A stretch of 64,000 bases of DNA, taken from positions 21,126-85,125 of IMG/VR virus record IMGVR_UViG_3300009184_005291; one strand, written 5' to 3'. Of this stretch, positions 58,165 to 64,000 are shown piece by piece. The position numbers and the translations under genes were made by a program. The stretch comes from a virus. Position 1 is the stretch's first letter, and each line of letters starts with the position of its first letter. The notes below the pieces were generated by a model. It saw only the letters and a program-made list of their open reading frames with translations, was not told the origin of the DNA and searched no databases.

Positions 58165-58966
58165 CTTGAATTATTTTTATTAAATCTTTTTTAGAAAACC
58201 CGTGTTTTTCTGCTTGTTTAATTAATGACTGAAGATTTTTTTTCAAAACTGGAGATAAAGTTTCAGTTTCTTTTTTTCCAACATCTGCTGAACCTGAATC
58301 TTTTTTCTTCGCCAACATATCTTCCACAACTTTGATTGCTTTTTGTTTTTGGATTTCGGAAAGAGTTGCTCTTGTTATAAAATTTGGATCGTCAGAATAT
58401 TCTGACTTTTCATCTTTTTTACACGTCCAATCTTTACCTTGTTGTGATACTCGTTCTTTGGCATCATCTTTTTCCATTCCTAATTCTTCTACAAAATATT
58501 TGTAAGTTTCACATCCATCCATATCTTTGGTTTCCTCATAACCAAATGCTCCTGACATATCGATTTCTTTTACTTCGCTTTCACCATAGTAAGTTCTATA
58601 ACCACGAGAGATTGGGTCATTAGTAATTCTAGATGCCGCTACTGTTTGGTCCATAGTTTTTCTTGGATGTAATCTTGGATCTAAAATTGGAATTTTAGAA
58701 TTTGACATACTTCCATCAGAATTAACCAATTCCTCTAAATCAGTTTTCAAAGTTTTTGTGTTTTTGATTTTTTTCTCTTTGGCAATTTTTTTCAAATGTT
58801 TTTTCACCTTTTCTCCCTTTTCTTTAGAGAAGTGAATGACCTCATCTTTTTTACGTGCTTCGGTCAAAGTATTCTCAACGGAGAAATATAAGGAATACTT
58901 ATCTCCCTTATCTCTCATAAGGAAATAATAAGGTGATGAAAAAAATTCAGTATCTACAGGAATCAT
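58157..58966 (-). CDS. hypothetical protein
   Basis: 269-aa ORF; TATTTAT upstream. Confidence 0.65.
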   Translation of the reverse strand: MIPVDTEFFSSPYYFLMRDKGDKYSLYFSVENTLTEARKKDEVIHFSKEKGEKVKKHLKKIAKEKKIKNTKTLKTDLEELVNSDGSMSNSKIPILDPRLHPRKTMDQTVAASRITNDPISRGYRTYYGESEVKEIDMSGAFGYEETKDMDGCETYKYFVEELGMEKDDAKERVSQQGKDWTCKKDEKSEYSDDPNFITRATLSEIQKQKAIKVVEDMLAKKKDSGSADVGKKETETLSPVLKKNLQSLIKQAEKHGFSKKDLIKIIQGE

Positions 58967-58982
58967 ATCGCAGTTTTTATCT

Positions 58983-59009
58983 ATAAATACTATGACATAA
59001 GGTATTTAT
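58983..59009. promoter_or_regulatory. back-to-back TATTTAT putative late promoters
   Basis: ATAAATA (58983-58989, minus strand) and TATTTAT (59003-59009, plus strand) in a 52-nt divergent gap, one for each gene. Confidence 0.6.
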
Positions 59010-59018
59010 CATTAGTTT

Positions 59019-62000
59019 ATGGCATATCAAAATATTAATCAGTACAATTTTAGACGTTGGGGGATTAGACCTGTCAATGAAATTACCGATATCTGTTTGG
59101 CTTCAGACGAGAAGGACTATGACCAAGAGGTAATTTTTTCACCATTATTAATAGGTGAAGATGATGGAAATAGAATGCCATTCAAATTCGATTTCAATAG
59201 TACTGGCACTACGATATGTCAATCAGGTTCCTGTACTTTTGATAATGACGTAATTGTTTCTGAAAATTATTGGAACCCTGAAGACATTGACCCTAACTTT
59301 TGTCCAAAAGTAACTGACTTATGTGACGTAGGTTTGACTGGTATTGATAATGGTTTGGTTAAAAAAATGTCAGGAGAGACAATACAAATCACAAAAGGAC
59401 TTTACACAAACAATACAGACAAATATAGTAGATACAAATACGATAGGAGAATGAAACTTCATCCTATCACTGGATTTACAACAACACAAAATAGATTGTG
59501 GAATGATAACTCGTATAGTTACGATTTGAATTACGCAACTGATGGTGGTGCTGTTGGGTATTTTGCCCGATTAGATGGAGGATTTTTTCAAGGGTTCTAC
59601 AAAATCCCTGGTTATAACTATCAAATTTTTCCACAAAGAGTTCCATTAGGATGGACTGCCGAGTTCATGTTAAGATACCGATGGACAGGAGATACAAGTG
59701 TCGGACTTAACAATCGATATCCTAATAATAAAGGTACATTCTTTTATATGGGTTCTCGGGCGGAAAACAAATTCTATCATTATGCTGATGGAGAACCAAA
59801 ACAAGATTCAGGATATACAAGAGTAACTTCAGGGTTGACTTGTATGCATACTTGTGGATGTGCTAGTTCTGCGAATACCTCTTCTGATTGTCTTGAAGTG
59901 TATCAGATTTCAGGTGGGACATCAAAAAATTGTTCGTGTGGATGTAGTTGTGATTGCCAAGTCAACGCACAATATCCTGAAAAAGACCCATTATATGATG
60001 GTGTGTCAAATGGATTATCAATAAGGTTGAGTGGAGATACAGGTAACCCAAGAGTTTGTATCAAGACATATAGAATTACTGGCGGTTGTGAAACAAGTGG
60101 TACTTGTTTGACAGGACTAACATATGCCACAGGAACCTCTGTAACTGAATGGTGTTCAACAAGAGGTATTTTTGATGAATGTAAAAATACGACTTATATC
60201 AATGTAGAACATTGGGTTCAAATTGACGCAGTATTCCAAAGAAATCAGTGGTTGGACACATGTGACCTTTATGAGAAGGGAGGACTTGGTCTTCTTGTTG
60301 ATACAATTTATACCGCAACACCAGCAAACAACAGCGTTAGTTTAATTGAGCCTCCACTGACTCATGAATTACCTTACGATCCGGCAACAACTGAAATTGT
60401 AACTTTTAATGATAATTGGACTGAAGAGAAAAAATATAGATTAGGCACTCTAAAAATATTCGTAAACGGCAAGTTGTTTATGGTTGCCGAAAACTTTGAA
60501 GAAATTATTCCAAGATTATTAGATGTTCAAAAAGAAAAACAAATTGGTGTTGGATATAATATTTCAATTGGTGGAGGAACTCAGGGACTTAAAGATAATT
60601 TAACATTCTCTGGTGGATGCCCTGAAACAATAAGCGAAATAACTTACCAACAAGATCCCGAATGTTTAACTACTCATGATTTAGATAACACAATATATTC
60701 AGGATTAACCACACATATTAAGCTAGAAGAATATTTTGGGGGTAGTTTGATTGGAGATGTTAGTGCATTTAGGATGTATGTTGAACCACTGAATGCTTCT
60801 CAGGTCAAACATAATTTTAGAATTCTAAAAAATAGATATACATTATTAAATCCTGAATGTCCTGATTGTACGATTATTATTCCGAGTGACGATTTAGAAT
60901 ATCTTCCATTACCATGTAATGATTTGGAATTACTTCCATTGCCATGTGATGACTTGGAGTATGATTTGATTCCTTGTCCTACGGTTACGCCGACAACAAC
61001 ACCAACTAACACTCCTACACCTAGTGTAACCGTAACAGAGACAGGAACTCCAACTCCTACACCAACTAATACTGAAACACCAACAAATACACCTACAAAT
61101 ACACCAACGGAAACACCTACTAATACGCCAACAAACACTCAAACAATAACACCAACAAATACGGTGACACCTACAAACACACCAACACAAACAAATACGG
61201 AAACTCCTACTAATACTCCGTCTGAAACACCTACAAATACACCAACTCAAACCGTAACACCAAGTCCTACCTCTACTTTTGGGTTAACTCCAACAAATAC
61301 ACCAACTGTAACTCAAACTCCTACGTCAACATTACCAGATGGTAATTTCTTACTGCAGGAAGATTATTTCACGATTTTACAAGAGGATGGATTTGAAATT
61401 GTGATTGAGTTTCCATTACCAACTCCTACCCCTACAGTAACTCCAACTCCTACTAATACCGAAACACCAACTCCAACTCCGACTAATACCGAAACACCAA
61501 CACAAACCCCTACAACCACATTAACATCAACTCCGACTCAGACTCCAACAAACACAACAACCACTACTCCGACGCCAACCTCAACACCTGCAGTTCCCGT
61601 AACCACTAATCTTGTATTGTATTTTGACCCAAGTAATCCATCAAGTTACCCTGGTACTGGAACAACAATTAATGATTTATCAGGTAATGGATTAAATGGT
61701 TCAATGTCGGGTATTACATTTACATCACCTTACTTTACATATAATGGAACTTCATCACAAGTTCGTGTTGCGGACAATGCGTTATTAGAGCCGGGAAGTG
61801 GGAACTGGACTATGGAAGTATGGGTTAATCAAGCAGTTTTAGGTAATGATGTTGTTCTTGGAAAGTTTGACAATGGAGGTCTGACGATAGATGTAAGTTA
61901 TAGTATTAGAACAACTAATACAACTTATTACGCTCAATTAGGTTCTGGCAGTGGTACTGGCTCATCATTGTTTGTTAATAGTACAAACTACGTTGGAACG

Positions 62001-62276
62001 ATTGGTACATGGTATCAAATAGTTTATGTGTTTACAAATGTTGCATCTAATACACTTGAAACATTTGTAAATGGTGTAAGTATAGGAAGTGTGGGGCATA
62101 ATTTGTCAAGTATATTAAACACGGTTAACCCACTTTACATTGGTAGTTACAATGGTGGGGAGTTTGTTCAATGGTTTGATGGAAAAATTGGTATAACTCG
62201 TTTATACAACGCGTCACTTACCTCTACCCAAGTTTTACAAAACTTCAATGCTGATAAATCAAAATACGGACTATAA
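59019..62276 (+). CDS. large virion protein: Cys-rich N-terminal region, mucin-like Thr/Pro linkers, C-terminal LamG/concanavalin A-like domain
   Basis: C-terminal LVLYFDPSN...DLSGNG...WTMEVWV...WYQIV...LYIG...FDGKIG..RLYN..L...V.QNF; TPT tracts at about 60978-61605. Confidence 0.8.
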   Translation: MAYQNINQYNFRRWGIRPVNEITDICLASDEKDYDQEVIFSPLLIGEDDGNRMPFKFDFNSTGTTICQSGSCTFDNDVIVSENYWNPEDIDPNFCPKVTDLCDVGLTGIDNGLVKKMSGETIQITKGLYTNNTDKYSRYKYDRRMKLHPITGFTTTQNRLWNDNSYSYDLNYATDGGAVGYFARLDGGFFQGFYKIPGYNYQIFPQRVPLGWTAEFMLRYRWTGDTSVGLNNRYPNNKGTFFYMGSRAENKFYHYADGEPKQDSGYTRVTSGLTCMHTCGCASSANTSSDCLEVYQISGGTSKNCSCGCSCDCQVNAQYPEKDPLYDGVSNGLSIRLSGDTGNPRVCIKTYRITGGCETSGTCLTGLTYATGTSVTEWCSTRGIFDECKNTTYINVEHWVQIDAVFQRNQWLDTCDLYEKGGLGLLVDTIYTATPANNSVSLIEPPLTHELPYDPATTEIVTFNDNWTEEKKYRLGTLKIFVNGKLFMVAENFEEIIPRLLDVQKEKQIGVGYNISIGGGTQGLKDNLTFSGGCPETISEITYQQDPECLTTHDLDNTIYSGLTTHIKLEEYFGGSLIGDVSAFRMYVEPLNASQVKHNFRILKNRYTLLNPECPDCTIIIPSDDLEYLPLPCNDLELLPLPCDDLEYDLIPCPTVTPTTTPTNTPTPSVTVTETGTPTPTPTNTETPTNTPTNTPTETPTNTPTNTQTITPTNTVTPTNTPTQTNTETPTNTPSETPTNTPTQTVTPSPTSTFGLTPTNTPTVTQTPTSTLPDGNFLLQEDYFTILQEDGFEIVIEFPLPTPTPTVTPTPTNTETPTPTPTNTETPTQTPTTTLTSTPTQTPTNTTTTTPTPTSTPAVPVTTNLVLYFDPSNPSSYPGTGTTINDLSGNGLNGSMSGITFTSPYFTYNGTSSQVRVADNALLEPGSGNWTMEVWVNQAVLGNDVVLGKFDNGGLTIDVSYSIRTTNTTYYAQLGSGSGTGSSLFVNSTNYVGTIGTWYQIVYVFTNVASNTLETFVNGVSIGSVGHNLSSILNTVNPLYIGSYNGGEFVQWFDGKIGITRLYNASLTSTQVLQNFNADKSKYGL
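60978..61605 (+). repeat. Thr/Pro coding repeats
   Basis: TPTNTPT and TETPT units interrupted by the LLQED..ILQED motif. Confidence 0.8.
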
Positions 62277-62302
62277 AAACATATTTATAAAATAAAAATA
62301 AA

Positions 62303-63124
62303 ATGCCTAATTTACCAATATCCCAATTACCATTAGCAACATCAGGACAACCAGAATCTTGGATGGCTATTGTAAACTATGATGTAGCTCCATCAGGAAT
62401 AACTAATAAAATATATTTTTCATCATTAACTGAACAATTTTCAGGTTCAACGGGAACAAGTGGAACTTCAGGTTCATCAGGAACTAGCGGAACATCTGGT
62501 TCATCAGGAACATCTGGTTCATCAGGAACATCTGGTTCATCAGGAACTAGCGGAACATCTGGTTCATCAGGAACATCAGGCAGTTCTGGAACAAGTGGAA
62601 TTTCAGGTTCAAGTGGTTCTTCAGGAACATCAGGCAGTTCTGGAACAAGTGGTTCTTCAGGTTCAAGTGGTTCTTCAGGAACATCTGGTAGTTCTGGAAC
62701 AAGTGGTTCTTCAGGAACATCTGGTAGTTCTGGAACAAGTGGAATTTCAGGTTTATCTGGTACTACAGGTAGTTGGACGGTGACTCCAGGAACCAACAAC
62801 TACAGTTTTACAGTTGATAGTAGTAATACGTATAACTTATGGGTTCAGGGAAATATTCCAAATGGTATAATAGTTTATAATGCTACAGTAAGTGTAAGTA
62901 ATCTTAATGTACCCGTAATTGGTTATCAGTATGCATGGAATTATACTGGTGGGGGTAGTCCAATATTGTTTACAAGTATACCTGTACAGATTATAGGAAC
63001 CGCGGGTGCAATATCCACCGCTTCACCAGCAGTAGGTACATCAACAAATACATTTGTATTCGGTATTCAAAATAATACGGCATCAGGTATTACGGTTAAT
63101 TATGGATATTTGAAAATAAGTTAA
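62303..63124 (+). CDS. collagen-like (Gly-Ser/Thr-Ser) fibre protein
   Basis: N-terminus MPNLPISQLP, about 36 uninterrupted Gly-X-Y triplets (GTS/GSS), beta-rich C-terminus. Confidence 0.75.
   Translation: MPNLPISQLPLATSGQPESWMAIVNYDVAPSGITNKIYFSSLTEQFSGSTGTSGTSGSSGTSGTSGSSGTSGSSGTSGSSGTSGTSGSSGTSGSSGTSGISGSSGSSGTSGSSGTSGSSGSSGSSGTSGSSGTSGSSGTSGSSGTSGISGLSGTTGSWTVTPGTNNYSFTVDSSNTYNLWVQGNIPNGIIVYNATVSVSNLNVPVIGYQYAWNYTGGGSPILFTSIPVQIIGTAGAISTASPAVGTSTNTFVFGIQNNTASGITVNYGYLKIS
62444..62767 (+). repeat. 9/18-nt Gly-X-Y coding repeat
   Basis: ggaacatct, ggttcatca and ggaacaagt units. Confidence 0.85.
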
Positions 63125-63147
63125 AATCAAAATACGGACTATAAAAA

Positions 63148-63714
63148 ATGAGTTTTTGTAATCAATATCGAATAACAAATTATAACAGTGTAGAAGACGG
63201 TTATTATAGATTTACAGGATGTACTGGTATTATCAGTGTTTCAAGTATATCTCCATTAGACACTCAATATGTTTGCGCCGACGATTTAGTTAAAGAAAGT
63301 TATAGTGGTCCATTAAGTATTGTGAATATGGGATTGTGTCCATCAAATACACCAACTCCAAGTATAACTCCAACAGTTACTCCAACGGTAAGTTTATCGG
63401 CAACACCAACAACGCAAACACCCACTCCAACCAACACGGCAACACCTTCAAATACTCCGTCACCAGTTTATGAAAGAAATTTAAGAACAGGTGGATGGTA
63501 TCAAAATGTTTGTCAATCAGTTAATTCATTCGCAAATCCTGCAAATGTAAAAATATTTACAACAAAACCATTTGATAATTTAGAAGTTGGAGACCATGTA
63601 TATGGAAACAAAGAATTAACAATTGCGCCAATCGGAGCCAATTTTACAATTTCAGACGGAGCAAAATTTGTTCAGTTAAGTGGTACTTTGGTAATAAACA
63701 CAGGTATTTGTTAA
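63148..63714 (+). CDS. Thr/Pro-linker protein (putative virion protein)
   Basis: Cys-containing N-terminal domain, TPT linker, C-terminal domain. Confidence 0.7.
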   Translation: MSFCNQYRITNYNSVEDGYYRFTGCTGIISVSSISPLDTQYVCADDLVKESYSGPLSIVNMGLCPSNTPTPSITPTVTPTVSLSATPTTQTPTPTNTATPSNTPSPVYERNLRTGGWYQNVCQSVNSFANPANVKIFTTKPFDNLEVGDHVYGNKELTIAPIGANFTISDGAKFVQLSGTLVINTGIC

Positions 63715-63747
63715 GATAAAATTCAAGAATTAAAAGTATTTATAATT

Positions 63748-64000
63748 ATGTCATTTTGCGGAGCGTCTATATCAAGTGTAAATTTAAGCGGATTAACCGC
63801 AAATGTTACCTTTTATTCTTGTACTGGTAGTACAATTAGTTTAGGTGAACAAACATTTCCATTTACTTATGTCACAGATTATTGGTATGGAACTTATGAT
63901 TGCTATGTTGCAATATATAATTATACTTATACAATTAATGTACCTTGTCCATCACCAACATACGAATTAATTCCTACAGGTGAATTATTATATGACATAA
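63748..64000 (+). CDS. hypothetical virion-type protein (runs off the window)
   Basis: Hand translation MSFCGASISSVNLSGLTANVTFYSCTG... is open to the window end; TATTTAT-N4-ATG. Confidence 0.6.
   Translation, partial: MSFCGASISSVNLSGLTANVTFYSCTGSTISLGEQTFPFTYVTDYWYGTYDCYVAIYNYTYTINVPCPSPTYELIPTGELLYDI

Noticed and set aside
9307-62767. Thr/Pro, EEDDDMM and SGT tandem repeats as CRISPR arrays
   Set aside because: The units are contiguous, vary at synonymous positions and have no unique spacers; they are coding repeats.
1702-62799. Numerous short or antisense ORFs in the track (e.g. 1702, 3233, 10791, 20536, 42882, 60800, 62377, 62460)
   Set aside because: They are shadows or alternate frames of longer genes with clear motifs or of low-complexity repeats.
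1-64000. Stop-codon reassignment, seen in some large phages
   Set aside because: Core genes are intact in code 11, and both TAG (8276, 19402) and TGA (9031) end genes at sensible positions.

Overview
This is an AT-rich, densely coding (standard code 11) segment of a large T4-like (jumbo/huge) phage, most likely infecting Bacteroidota. Host evidence: TAnnTTTG promoter elements, no Shine-Dalgarno sequences, a Flavobacteriia-type bS21 and a DUF4494-like gene. From left to right the window holds: (1) an accessory/proteostasis region with an ORF carrying an in-frame 36+30 nt CRISPR-like repeat-spacer-repeat, a one-piece tmRNA gene with alphaproteobacterial signature motifs, peptidases, an N-domain-less ClpC with a divergent UVR-domain protein, a KTSC protein and a Pol-beta-type nucleotidyltransferase; (2) the head module (terminase, portal, antisense bS21, prohead protease, scaffold, major capsid protein); (3) baseplate/structural genes and a gp55-like late sigma factor; (4) a ~21 kb nucleotide-sugar/glycosyltransferase cluster that also contains phoH, nadE, dut and an exonuclease, followed by a free-standing homing endonuclease; (5) a WYL protein and mucin-like/collagen-like Thr/Ser-rich virion proteins. 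A sense-strand TATTTAT motif precedes about 19 genes and is the likely late promoter. All family calls come from motif recognition by eye, not from database searches.
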